A DNA stretch of 64,000 nucleotides, taken from NCBI RefSeq assembly GCF_009914755.1, contig NC_060929.1, one strand, 5' to 3'. The stretch is from the human T2T-CHM13v2.0 reference genome, Homo sapiens. The notes below the pieces were generated by a model. That model made no database searches. It had not been told where the DNA came from and was given only the letters and a program-made list of their open reading frames with translations. Shown here one piece after another: positions 44,831 through 59,193 of the stretch (positions within the stretch are counted from its first letter, which is position 1; each line of letters starts with the position of its first letter). A program made the position numbers and the translations under genes.

Positions 44831-47800
44831 CCCCCACTATCTCTGGCTAAATTCCAGTCTTTACTATTAATTTATTTTTTCTCATTTGAACTTTCCAAGT
44901 ATGATGTCTGCCTCATAACTCTGGCCCTGTTTCCTCACTCCTGGCCACACTCTATTCTCTAGAGTAAATATGATGCAAGCCCATTGGGTGACTGAATGGT
45001 GGGTGAGAGTGAGTTATCGAAGCCTGGACTCACTTAACCATGTGGATTTAGTTTACAAGAAGCATCATATACCAAAAAAAGGAGTCACATACCCGACAGC
45101 CTCCCCACCCAGCTCACAGCGCTGTGATCACTCCTCTTTCCTTCCTTCAATCATTGATTTATTCATTCTATCTTCAACAAATACTTAGCTCTGACCCTGT
45201 CTCAGATGCTGTTCTATGCTCTTGAGATACTTTAGAAAACAAAACATATAAAAATCCCGGTCCTATGAAGCTTGTATTTTAGCTCATTATTCTTTTATAT
45301 TCTTTTGCTTAGCCTTTTGACTTGCTCTCTTTTAGAATCAAGATAAAGAAGAAGATGTTTCTAGGCCTTCACACTCTGCAAAGAGTGACTGCCAGGAGTT
45401 TCTCCCTTTATTTCAAAATGTGGCATACGTGGGTGTGTGTGTGTATGTGCACGCACACGTGTGTGCACGTGTTTGTGTGTGTGTACAGGAATTCCCAAAT
45501 AGCCTCCATATGAAAAAAAAAATGCCTGCATGCTGCTTCACTACCATTCTTGTTTTAACAAAGGGCTTGGTAACTTAGAAAAGCAGTGCATATGAAGAAG
45601 TAAAACAATTAAGGAGGAAAAAAAACTGGTTTTTTTTTTCCCTTGGAAGACTCCACCTCTCCATTCTCTGGCTGATAATAGATGGCCAGGCATAGGGAAG
45701 CAGAGACTAGGAATTAGCCTTGTAGTTTGTCAGACGTGGCTCCTGGAGCTGAGGGCCACCCCCCAGGGGCCTGGGTGCAGTTTTAGCTCTTGGCACACTG
45801 CGTGGAAAGGTGGAGGCAGGGGGCAGAGATGAGATGTTCATCTCTGTTGCTGTGGTGACAAGGAGGTGAAGTGAAGGTACTTCAAAAATGTAAGCTACAA
45901 CACGTGAGGAAAAAGGTGCCTGTGGAACTGTGTGCTTCTCTCAACCTGTCCCATTCCCTCCTAAATAATCGTGTATGGGGTATGGCAAGATGGAGATCCC
46001 AACACACATGAGACAGGGTGCCTGACCCCCAGTCCAGGAGATGAGCCTTGCAGGAGGAAAGGCAGCACACATCTGCCTTCTCGGAGCCAGGGCAGGCTGC
46101 ACAAAGAGGACAACTGCCATTGATCTTGAACAAAGGGGGTGGGAGGGGCATGGTATTACAGAGAGAGACAGGACAGCATTCAGAGATGAGGCCATGAGAA
46201 AGGCAATAGAAAGTCAGGGATGGCCAAAGTCATGCCAGCTGCTACCTCTGGGAATGTGTAGAGGTCAGTGGCCCTGGAACTGGGTACAAAGGAGACTTTA
46301 TCTGCAATGTTTTGTGTAATTTTAAATTAAACAAAATAAGATAAAACATCAACTACTATTGATTCTAGGTGTTGATGTCTATATATTTTCATACTCTATA
46401 TTTAGTTTAGTTTTTTTTAATTGTATTTCAATCTTTTTTTTTGTCTAGCTTTTCAAATAGAATGTATTTACACATCTCTAACCATTCATCCATCCATCCA
46501 TTCATGCTACTTCGTAGATATATCTTGTGTGGCTGACCAGATCTTATTTCCTCTGGAAGGTGGCCTTTGGAAGCTGCAATTGTGTTTGCCACCCAAGTCA
46601 CTGGACCTTTCCCAAAATTCCAGGCCACCACTTGACCTAACCACATTCATTTCGATGCAAGTCCCTGGCATTGGGTCTTTATGAGGCGCAGATGGTCTCC
46701 AGGTCAGCACTGAGCCCTGTCTCTTTCTCTCTGTGCCCAGCTGGCATGAATTGGAAGGCAGAGGAACCGAGGGAGTTCTGAGTCACCTAGCTTGACTGAG
46801 TCAGAGATTTCTCCAGGGAGTGGTGGAAAGGGTGGCTCTTGGCAGAAGAGATCCTCATCTCAATGGTGTGGTACTTGCCTGAGATTTCCCAGAAAGCACG
46901 AAGAACATCAGGGTGGAGAGTTTCACTCTCAGCGACAAATAGAAATAATCCACTTGATTCCACATGAACTAAGTGTTGAAGAAAAACATAATCTCACATT
47001 AGCTTATCTCTTTACCCTTTACCAGAACTCAAAGATGGAAATTACCATTCTCATCCTGCTGGGAAATGACAATCATGCAGCAAATACACCATACTTTGTG
47101 TCACTTGAAACCAGTTTTATCTATTAAAAAAATACTAATCCTTAAAATATTATTCCTTTATGAAACACAAGGCCTTTTTTTTTCATAGCCTTTGTTGCAG
47201 CAAAACTCCTCAATAAATAGCACTGCCCAGAGACAGTTAGGGTAAACTTAGATCATGCAGGAAAGTGTCTGTCACTGTTTGCCTGCATCTCTAATGCCCT
47301 TGATGGGTTGGTTTCCTCCTTTTGTGCCAGTGTGGAAGTCTCATTCCCATTGTCTGCCATCAGCTAAATGTCCAAATTTGCTATAGAGCCCATCTCAATT
47401 TTGTGCACACAAGTGTTCCATAAATACCTAATTTAGTGGTTTTCTAAGAGTTGTCTGTCCAGTGTTCCCTAGGGGTCCTTCAAATATTTCCAGATGGTCA
47501 GCAAAATATGATTAAAAACTATTTTCATAAAACTGTGTTTACTCACAGTATTTCAAGTACAGGAAATATCAACAGATATAATTAATGTCACACTGAGATC
47601 CTCAATAATTTTTTAGAAAGTGAAGGGCTCCTGAGACCAAAAATGTTGAGAATCATTGCACCAATTGATTGGTTAGAGAAATACATAGCCTTACCAAGAG
47701 GTGCTAGCATATACTAATACCCAATGCTTATCTCTGAAAATGCCTTAAATCTGATGTTCCAAGACATGGAATATGAATCAGTACTGCTCTTCATCCTCTG

Positions 47801-48576
47801 AGAGAGCCAGTGAGGTCAGGGCTGGTCTCAGGTTTTAAAACTCCATTCAACCTCAGATTTAGTTGGATCAGTCACCTATTGAGTTCAATTAGGACTAGAT
47901 GGCAAACTTTAGAATAAAACAATTAGGTCATAAACAAAAATTTTTTAATTAACATAATGAAATGTATTACTCAGAACCAGTTTTAGTTATTTTCAGCAGA
48001 AACTACTATTTAAGTACATTAAGGGTTTTTCCAAGTCCCTTGAAGACTTCGTGGCTGAGAACTACGTCTAGAACATCCCAAGGTTCACATGGCTGATACT
48101 GGCCCTAGATACTGGAACCTCTGTCCCTGATGCCTCACTGAACAGAGTCCACACAGCATCTGCTTCTCCATGGCACTTACAACTCCTATTGTAATGTTAG
48201 TGCATCCATATTGTAATGCATATGTAGTGCATAACATATTGTAATGTTAGTGCATTAGAACAGTCTAGGGCTCAGGCCTATACCCAATGCTGAGAGACGA
48301 AGGTTTTGGCTTCTGAGTTCAGGAAGCAGAGACTGTAAATGGGGAATTCCCCAAGCATAGAATAGTGTTCACAAAGTGTTGGGAGTCAAAAGTAGGACAA
48401 TCCTCCCCTTGGCTGCCCAGCTTCGCAACACACTGGGAAGTTTTCACACTTAAACTTCTAGTAGCAATAACAGCAGCAGCTATAATAAAATACTGTCCTT
48501 CACAGAGGGAAAAACATCTTGCTCTGTGTTTTCCTAAAAGGAGAAACAATTCTCTATTAGTTAAGAATATTTTCTC

Positions 48577-48779
48577 AGCCAGTGCAATGTGGTGAAACCC
48601 CATCTCTACTAAAAATACAAAAAATTAGCTGGGCGTGGTGACGTGCACCCATAGTCCCAGTTACTAGGGAGGCTAAAGCAGAAGAATCGGGAGGCGGAGG
48701 TTGCAGTGAACTGAGGTAGAGCCACTGCACTCCAGCCTGGGCAAAAGAGTGAGACTCCATCTCAGAAAAAAAAAAAAAA
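48577..48779 (+). mobile_element. 5'-truncated Alu with TSD
   Basis: Starts mid left arm, has an A tail, flanked by aagaatattttc on both sides. Confidence 0.85.
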
Positions 48780-49436
48780 GAATATTTTCAAGACCAAGTA
48801 ACAACTTAGTAACCTTGATTTTCACAAGTAGGAATTAATTTTTCTCGTACATCAAGAAATCTAAAAGTAGTTTTTCACAATGTTGCAATTACTCAATGGT
48901 CCTGAGAAAGACACAGGCTTTTTTTCCCCTACTTCCTCTGTTTCATTTTTACAACAAGACTTTTTTTCCTTATGTGTGTCATTTTACAGTCTCAAGCTGG
49001 CTACCACAGCTCTAGACATCAGACCTCAGAAAACCTAAATCAGGAAATAAAAGAGGCATGGGAAAGATACCTCTGGCCACTATCTAAACACAAAATCAGG
49101 ATTCTGTTAGAAAGAAAGGGAAAGCAGAGCTCGCTGTTACATTGGCAGTAGACTCTGTCTTCTAGTTCATAAGGCCCAATACTCCTTTTACACCATTCAC
49201 TGTCTATAGAGATAGTTTTCATGCATGTTATACATGGGATGGTTTAAACTAAAGACATTTTGATGTATACTTTATCAATGGCAAAATATTTTGGTGTGAA
49301 ATAAAACAAGTTGGTACAAATACTCCAACTTGTTCTGGCTTGGGAACCTGGTTCAGCATCTCTAAGTAGCTGTAAGAGTTGAATGATGCTTCTAGAATTG
49401 GAAGTAATATGGCTCATAGAAAAAAGGTGACATATT

Positions 49437-49975
49437 GGATGAAAATGGAAACCATCATTCTCAGTAAACTATCGTAAGAACAAAAAACCAAACACCGCAT
49501 ATTCTCACTCATAGGTGGGAATTGAACAATGAGATCACATGGACACAGGAAGGGGAACATCACACTCTGGGGACTGTGGTGGGGTCGGGGGAGGGGGGAG
49601 GGATAGCATTGGGAGATATACCTAATGCTAGATGACACATTAGTGGGTGCAGCGCACCAGCATGGCACATGTATACATATGTAACTAACCTGCACAATGT
49701 GCACATGTACCCTAAAACTTAGAGTATAATAAAAAAAAAAAACACCATAAATAAATCAAAAAAAAAAAAAGAAAAATATTAAACAAGTAGAGATAATATG
49801 GCAAACTGACATTCATAGCCATCTGATTCAAAGAGAACCTGTTTTTAATGAAAAACTGCCCCAGGAAGAAATTCTTTCCTTATATATTAGTGGATGAGAC
49901 AGCTACACGTAAGGATGGTATTTAAATGTGTATTGAAATAATAAATTAATATCATTTCCCAAAAAAAAAAAAAAA
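49437..49975 (+). mobile_element. 5'-truncated L1HS (Ta) insertion carrying a 3' transduction
   Basis: L1 3' UTR at 49437-49730 with Ta-diagnostic ACA (49637-49639) and G (49722). Then an A tail, ~190 bp unique sequence and a second A tail. Exact TSD agaaaaaaggtgacatatt at 49418-49436 and 49976-49994. Confidence 0.9.
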
Positions 49976-50874
49976 AGAAAAAAGGTGACATATTAAAACC
50001 AATACCACAGAAATACAAAAGATGATTCAAGGCTACTATGAACACCTTTACGTGCACAAACTAGAACATCTAGAGGAAATAGATAAATTTCTGGTAATAT
50101 ACAACCCTTCTATATTAAATCAGGAAGAAATAGAAACCATGAACAGACCAATAACAGGCAGCAAAACTGAATCAGTAATTTTAAAAATGTCCCCCCGCCA
50201 AAAAAAAGAGCCCAGGACCAGACGCATTCACGGCTGAATTCTACCAGACATTTAAAGAAGAATTGGTACCAATTCTACTGAAACTATTCCAAAAGAAACA
50301 GGGAATCCTCCCTAAATCATTCTATGAAGCCAGTATCACCCTAATACCAAAGACAGCAAAGGCCATAACAAAAAAAGAAAACTACAGACCAATATCCTTG
50401 ATGAGCATAGAGGCAAAAATCCTCAGCAACATACTAGCTAACTGGATCCAACAGCACACCAAAAAGATAATGCGTCATGACCAAATGGGTTTCATCCCAG
50501 GGATGCAGGGATGGTTTAACATATACAAGTCAATAAATGTGATACATCACATAAACAGCATTAAAAACAAAAACCATATGATTATTTCAATAAATGGAGA
50601 AAAAGCATTTGATAAAATCCAGTATCCTTTACAATAAAAGCCCTCAACAAAATAGGCATAGAAGGGACTTACCTCAAAGTAATAACAGCCATATATGACA
50701 AACCCAGAGCCAATATCATACTGAATGGGGAAAACTTGAAAGCATTCCTCTGAGAACTGGAACAAGACAAGGATGCCACTTTCATCACTTCTTTTCAACA
50801 TAGTACTGGAAGTCCTAGCCAGAGCAATCAGGCAAGAGAAAGAAAGTACATCCAAATTAGAAAAGAGGAAGTCA

Positions 50875-51318
<444 letters not shown>

Positions 51319-52768
51319 TCAATGTACACAAATTAACTGCACTGCTATACACCAACAACGACCAAGCAGAGAATCAAATCAAGAACTCAATCCCCTTTAC
51401 AACAGCTGCAAAACAAAAAAACAAACAAACAAACCTTAGAAATATACTTAACCATGGAGGTGAAACATTTCTACAAGGAAAACTACAAAACACTGCTGAA
51501 AGAAATCATAGATGACAAACAAATGGAAACATCCAATGCTCATGGATGGGAAGAATCAATATTGTGAAAATGATCATACTGCCAAAGCAAGCTACAGATT
51601 CAATGCAATTCTTATCAAAATACCAGCATAAGTCTTCACAGAACTAGAAAAAACATCCTAAAGTTCATATGGAACCAAAAAGGAGCCCACATAACCAAAG
51701 CAATACTAAGCAAAAAGAACAAATCTAGAGGTATCACATTACCTGACTTCAAATCATACTACAAGGCTATGGTTACCAAAACAGTGTGACATAAAAATAG
51801 GCAAGTAGACCAATAGAACAGAAGAAAGAACCCAGAAATAAAGCCAAATACTTACAGCCAACTGATCTTCAACATAGAATACAAAAACATAAATTGGGGA
51901 AAAGACACCCTATTCAATAAAGAGTGATGAGAAAACTGGCAAGCCACACGTAGAAGAATAAAACCAGATCCCCATCTCTCACCTTATACAAAAATCAACT
52001 CAAGATGGATCAAAGACTTAAATCTAAGACCTGAAACCATAAAAATTCTAGAAGGTAACATCAGAAAAACTCTTGTGGACATTGGCTTAGGCATGGCTAA
52101 GACTCCAAAAGCAAATGCAACAAAAACAAAAATAAATAAATGGAACCTAATTAAACAAAAAGCTTCTGCACAGCAAAAGAAATAATCAGCAGAGTAAACA
52201 GACAATCCACAGAGTAGGAGAAAATATTTGCAAGCTATGTATCTAACAAAGGACTAGTATGAAGAATCTACAAAGAATTCAAACAAATCGACAAGAAAAA
52301 ACAACCCCATCAAAAAGTGGGCAAAGGACATGAATAGACATTTCTCAAAAGAAGATGTACAAACAACTAACAAACACATGAAAAAATGCTCAACATCATT
52401 AATCATCAAGGAAATGCAAAATCAAAACCACAATGAGATACCTACCACCTTACTCCTGGAAGAAGGGCCATAGTTAAAAATCAAAAACAATAGCTGTTGG
52501 TGTGGATGTTGTGAAAAGGGAACAAGGTTACACTGCCGGTGGGAAAGTTAATTAGTACAACCACTATGGAAAACAGTATGGAGATTCCTTAAAGAACTAG
52601 AAGTAGAACTACCATTCGATCCAGCAATTCCACTGCTGGGTATCTACCCAAAGGAAAAGAAGTCATTATACAAAAAAGACACATGCACATGCATGTTTAT
52701 ACCAACACAATTCACACAGCAAAGCTATGGAACCAACCTAAGTGCCCATCGACTACGAGTGGGTAAAA

Positions 52769-52797
52769 AAAATGTGGCATATATATATATAAAATGT

Positions 52798-52847
<50 letters not shown>
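52769..52847 (+). repeat. (TA)n microsatellite with duplicated flank
   Basis: aaaatgtggc(at)n occurs twice in tandem; the second AT run is long. Confidence 0.9.
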
Positions 52848-52849
<2 letters not shown>

Positions 52850-53192
52850 GAAATACTACTCAGCCATAAAAAACGTCTTTTGCAGCAACTTGAATAGAGC
52901 TGGAGGCCATTATTCTAAGTGAAGCAGTAACTCAGGAATGCAAAATTAAATATTGTATGTTCTCACTTGCAAGTGAGAGCTAAGCTATGAGGATGCAAAG
53001 GCCTAAAAAAAGATTGGTAGGGGAGAGAGGGATAAAATACTATATTTTGGATACAGTATACACAGCTCGGGTGACAAGTGCACTAAAATCTCACTAAAGG
53101 TGCACTAAATCACCACGAAAGAACTTAACCAAAAATGACCTGTACTCAGATAACAATTGAAATTTTAAAAATGAAATTTAAAAAAAAGAAGA

Positions 53193-53526
<334 letters not shown>

Positions 53527-53904
53527 CTATAAGCTTACTAAACAGCAGCCCGAATTCCAGGCCTCTCCCGACTTAAGGGCTGGCACCGGGTGGTCTCAAC
53601 TGCTCTCGACCCCTGGTCTCAACTCTACTGATTGTCACTTATGAGTAAAGTCCCTAATAAAATAATTGTTAAAACAATGGAAAGTTAAGTTAGATTCTGG
53701 GATGCTTTGATGCTGTGGCGACCTTGAGGTTGGAGGGCCCTCTATTGATCCCATACTCATTCAGCAAGAAGAATTAAGGCCAATCTCAGGCCTAGTCTAG
53801 GATGTCTGAGGAAAGTATTGATGAGTCAGTCTTTTCATCACCTCATCTGTCGGGATGAATAGCCTGTAAAGATTGTTATTTATGGACAAATTGTATATAT
53901 GTAT

Positions 53905-54095
53905 ATATTTCTAATGGACTTTATTTTTAGAGCAGTTTTAGATTCACAGCAAAATTGAGAGGAAGGTACAGAGATTTCTCATACACCCCCTCCCCTCAAA
54001 CAAGCACAACCTCCCCCATTATCAATACCCCCACCAAGGTGGTAAATTTGTTATAGCTGATGAACCTACACTGACACATCATTATCATCCAAAAA
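53905..54095 (-). mobile_element. L1MB-like 3' end
   Basis: ttttagagcagttttagattcacagcaaaattgag...gatgaacctacactgacacatcattatca. Confidence 0.75.
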
Positions 54096-55059
54096 TCACG
54101 CTTTAAGGATTTTTATCTTTATCCTCCGAGTAAAGATATTGAAAAGTGTTCATCAAGAGGGTGCTATCATTAGGTCCGCATTTTAAAGAGTTCAATGATT
54201 GCAGAATGAAGAACAGATTAAAGACTAGTGAAATGAGAATAAAAGTAGGGAGACCAATGAGGAATTTGGGGAAGATGATGGTGTCTTGGATCAGGTGGTA
54301 GAACAGAGACAGAGAAAACTGGATGTATTCAAGGGCTATTTATGGATTCGACTGTAGCATTTCACAACATACTACTGATCATATAACAAGGGGCTTGCAG
54401 TTTTAGTTATAACAATTAAAAAATAAAGTATAATATAATAACATACATGTTTTTTAAGCCATCAAAATGTTGTGGATAGGAAGAAGTCCAAAGGAACCCT
54501 ATTCCAGGGAGACAAGTGCTTCCTAGAGAATGAAAATCAGTAGGCATTACCTTCCCTAGGGGCAACTACTGAGTCAGGCGTGGGCTGGTGAGGATTGGGC
54601 CTGATTCAAGCAGGGAGACTCTTCCTGCATAAGGTGCAGTCAGTGGAGTTTTAAATGTCTGTGTGTGGGTTAGTGAGACCAACTGGAATCTGGAGGAGTT
54701 TCAAGGCCAAGTTCTCCCGCCCACCGATTCTCCCTCGGGAGACTTGTGTGAGAGGATGTGGTAGCCCAGTAATCTGAAGGCTGGATAGTAAGTCCCTCCC
54801 AGATAGAGGGAGTTCTTGGCAACTCATTGTGCTGAGATCCCAAAGGCTTGCCAAAGGGAGGGACTTGTAATACATACAGGACTGATCTTGCACTGAAGAC
54901 ATTTGAAACCAGAGATAAATTGAAACTATTAGAAGTTGAAGAAAATATGAACAAACTGGATGAAAAGATGGAGAATTTTAACAGAGCTATTATAATTTCC
55001 TGACAATTACTAAAATAATATTCTAGAACTGAAAAATAAAATATAGATATTTTATTAAA

Positions 55060-55815
55060 TATCTAAGTTAGTAAATTCATTGACCAACCTCTTCCAAGTC
55101 CTCCCTTTCCCCTTTCCTCCCAGCCTCTGGTGGCCACTATTCTACTTTCTACTTCTGTGAAATCAAGTTTAGATTCCACATATGAGTCAGTTCATGCAGT
55201 TTCTCTTTCTCTCCCTGGCTTGTCTGAATTTATGCCCTCTCGGTTTATCTATGTTGCCACAAATGACAGGATTTCATTCTGTTTTATAGCTGAATAGTAT
55301 TCCACTGTATGTATATATGCCACATTTTTTTTATCCACTAATGTGCAGATGAGCATTTAAGTTGATTTCCTAATCTTGGCTATTGTGAGTAATGCTGCAA
55401 TAAACAGGCAGTGCAAATGTCTCTTCAACATACTGATTTCATTTCCTTTGGATATGTATCCAGTAATGGGATTGCTGGAGATGGTACTTCTATTTTTAAT
55501 TTTTTGTGAAATCTTTATACTGTTTTCCATAATAACTGTACCAATTTATATTCTCACCAATGATGTATAAAAATCCCCTTTTCTCTGCATCTTCACCAGC
55601 ATTAGTGACTGTACCAAATAACAATACAGTGCATATTACAAGATCGCTAGAAGATTTTTGAACATTGCCACCACAAAGAAATGATAAATATTTGAGGTGG
55701 TTAATATGATAATTACCCCAATTTAATCTTTATACTATGCATATATGCATTAAAATATCAGGTTGTACTACATAAACATACAGTTATTATGTGTCAATTA
55801 TAAATTTAAAAATTA
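55060..55815. mobile_element. L1MA-type element with inverted 5' segment
   Basis: 55060-55600 is reverse-strand L1MA 3' region; 55603-55815 is the forward-strand terminal segment ending in an A-rich tail. Confidence 0.65.
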
Positions 55816-56046
55816 AAACATTCATTGGATGGATTTAACAGTAGACACAATATAGAAAATAGTTTGAACTAAATAGTAATAGAAATATGATATATCATTA
55901 TGTGTGGGATGCAACTAAGAAGATATTTAGGAGGTAGAAATAGACTTGGTGATAGTTGAGAGGTGGATAATAAAGTCAACTCCTGGGTTTCTATTTGTAG
56001 TACTGGATGGATGATTGTGTGATTGTTATTCACCACGATAAGAAAT

Positions 56047-56066
<20 letters not shown>

Positions 56067-56081
<15 letters not shown>

Positions 56082-56110
56082 AAGAGAGAGGTGTGCACAT
56101 GCAAATGCAA
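56067..56110 (+). repeat. (TG)n plus GA-rich microsatellite
   Basis: (TG)13 followed by agagagaaagagagag. Confidence 0.9.
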
Positions 56111-59100
56111 GGAGGTAATTGAGGATGAAGTGAGGGTAGTTGAGTTTGAAGTGACTTGGTGGTTTCTAAATAGATGTTCCCACTCCCCAGATTGCACTTT
56201 TCCTACTTCTGCACTAGACATCAAGACTTGAATTCTTTCTCTTATGGGGAACCTCTTCTGACCACTAACCTTACCCCAGGATGGGTTAAGTGTTCCTATT
56301 CGGTGTACTCAAAACATCCTACACATAAGTCTCATAGTAATTTTATATTTTTTATTAAGTTATGTTGTTATAAAACTATTTGTTTATTTATCTCTTACCT
56401 TAGAGGTCCTTGGAAAGCAGAAATGCTGTTTCTAGCACAGAGTAAGTGCTCAGTTATAGTTTGTTGAGTAGCACTGGACTGTGAAAATCAAATTGAGGTA
56501 TTTCCAGACATACTTAGGGCACTCAAAATTTTCACATCTCCTGCTTCTAAGTAAATACTAAACTTGAGAGTTATAGAGTAGAGTTGTTTAGGTGAAAAAA
56601 AATACTGAGACAGTATCACAAGATCACAAAATTTTTGCTCCCAAAGAAGCTTACAGTTAGAGTTTCCCAATTATAGTAAAAAGAGAGACAGAGAGAGATA
56701 TTAATAAGGGATTTATATTGTAGCCTAAATTCTAAACTGCCTACACTTTGAACTTACAGTTGGAAAGGTATGACATCAGACGACCTTGGAGTCAGAGACA
56801 CTTGGCTTCTAAGCAAAGCTCTGTCACCTGCCAGCTAGGCAGCTTTTGCTTATCTGAGTCTCAGTTTTCTCCTCAGTAAAGAGGAGATGAAACTAATCTT
56901 GCCCCACAGGGTTTTTATGAGCAGTGACTCTCTTCTTTTCTCAACTCTGAGAGGTCCAACCCTCCTGGGCAGGGCAGCAATCTGAGAAATAGGTTAGTAT
57001 ATGAAACCGATGCCTGGCCAAGTCACAGAGGTCCCTCTGAGTGAGCCTTTGTCTTTTTCCAGAAAGAACCAATAGAAAATTAGGTTTGCAATGCACACAG
57101 AGTCGTCAGACATTCAAGACTGATTGTATTTCTCACAATTATAATTCTCTCTCTTTTTGTTCCTTCTGATTTCACCCAGGTTCCTATCCGATGTCTTCCT
57201 GGTAGTGATCAGTACCATGCGATGTCCCAGTTAGCTCTGTACATCCACTTCTTCATATGCCATTCATTGTACTGTGTAGGATGGTCTGGTATCTCAAGTC
57301 TTTCTTGATAACTGTACTCTCCTTCCTTGGTGATATCCTTACCTATTCTTGGTATTCTTCCCACTGCAGGCCAACTATATTTCACATCTGTGACACACAA
57401 AAAACCAGAGATTGTCTTTCCATTTTGCTCTTGTGGACATCAGTTCTTGTCAACATCAGTTGATCTATGTTATCAGTCCTTGACTTTTGGGGGTTTTTCT
57501 CTGTTTATTTGTTTTGTGTAAGACTTTATCCTCAGATTAACTGCTTATTTCTAAAAATACTGTTTAGTTTAAACTCAGTAAGATGCATTTTTACCTAATT
57601 TAACTCATGACTTTTCTTCCCAACAATGAAAATTAGACATAGAAAGTGTGAAAACCATAAAACATGAGGTCTGATTCAAGGTAAAGACTTCATACCTGAA
57701 AGGTTTTGATGGGAACATACTTTAGTAAATGCTGTTCATTGCTTTATGCTTCCTTAGATATGTACAGTGTATGTTAAAGGTGCAACTGCTGACAAGTGAT
57801 TTAGTCAGGCTTCTCCTCAAGGCCTCTTCTCGAAGCTTCTAAATTTTGATATATTAGAGACCATCCTCCTGTAGGGTCAGAGAAACAAGAAGGAGAGGTC
57901 GGCATTACCAGAATGCAGAAGCCTGGAGAAGAGGCCTTGAGGAGCAGGCACCCCCGTTAGACACAGTGGACCTCTAAAACAAGCGTCCTGTCCAAATGCA
58001 AGTGATGGCCCATGGATCTGGTATTTAGAACCCTAAGAAGAGTTGTGCTGCCTGGCTGATATTTGTGCCCGAGAAACTTGGAGGAGGTGCACCATGGAGA
58101 AAGAATCCAGATCTCTGAGGAGGTGGCATTGGTAAACTGGTCTTGATACCTCCGAGTGGATGCTATGAGGCTATGAGGTTCTAGTAGTCTAGAATAACTG
58201 TGAACTGGAATAAACCATTGCTTCTGGAATAAATTGCTCTTTCTGGATCAGTGCAGTGTTGTTGGGGGCCTGCTGACAGGAACAGGAAGGAAAGAAGAAA
58301 GAGAATGTCTCTTCCTGCTCCAGCCTTGCAGTCAGCCTTCAACAATCTCTTATCAGTGGAGTCCGACAGGACATTCCAGAGAACCCCCTGATTTCCTGTC
58401 TTCCCTAGCCCTAGGAAAATAGCAGCTATACTTTTCCCCTTGGTAATCAGAAGAAATCAACCAGATAATAGAATAACGTATTTGTCTCCTTTTGCCTGTT
58501 GAATCCATGGCACAAGGAGCCTGAAAGATAAGTAGAGTCTCAATTTCCAAGTCAAAGGAATCTTTGATTTTTCCCTGGTAGAAGCATTCCTCCCTTAGTG
58601 ACCAAGATGTCCAAACTCAAAGAGCTCAAAGTTGAGAAGAAGGGAAACAAGAATTTTGAGAGAGGGTGATTAAATGTAATAGTGAAAGGAATCTCTCCTG
58701 GTTCTACCACCTGATTCTCAGATTCACACATTATGTCTATGGGAGAAACAGCATCAAGTATTGGTTGTTGATTCAAAGCATACACTGCCCTTTGTAAAAT
58801 AATACCCATCCTTGCAGAATATTATCTCTCAACTGGCCTCATAACTGAGTCTTCAGTAAGCTCTTCCACCGTTATATCAGGTCACTTCCTTCTGTAGTAT
58901 CAAGTTCTTGGTAAGACCAGTGAAATCCATGGGGGTGAGCCCATTGATGCTCTACTTCTGCCATGACATGAGTTTCTTGATTTGAAACAATATTGTGGGT
59001 ATACCATGGCAATGAATAAAGCAACTCATAAGTTCATCCATAATGGTGCTGACAGACATATTGAAGGCAAGGAATACAAATGTATATCCAGAATATGAGT

Positions 59101-59193
59101 CTATTCTAGTGAGGACAAATTGCTGTCCTCACTTGTGATAACAAAGGTCCAGTGTAATCAACCTGCCATCAGGTGGCTGGCTGGTTCTCTCAG

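Noticed and set aside
45750-45772. CTCF-like gccacccccaggggcc
   Set aside because: Only a partial match to the core motif; cannot be supported without ChIP data.
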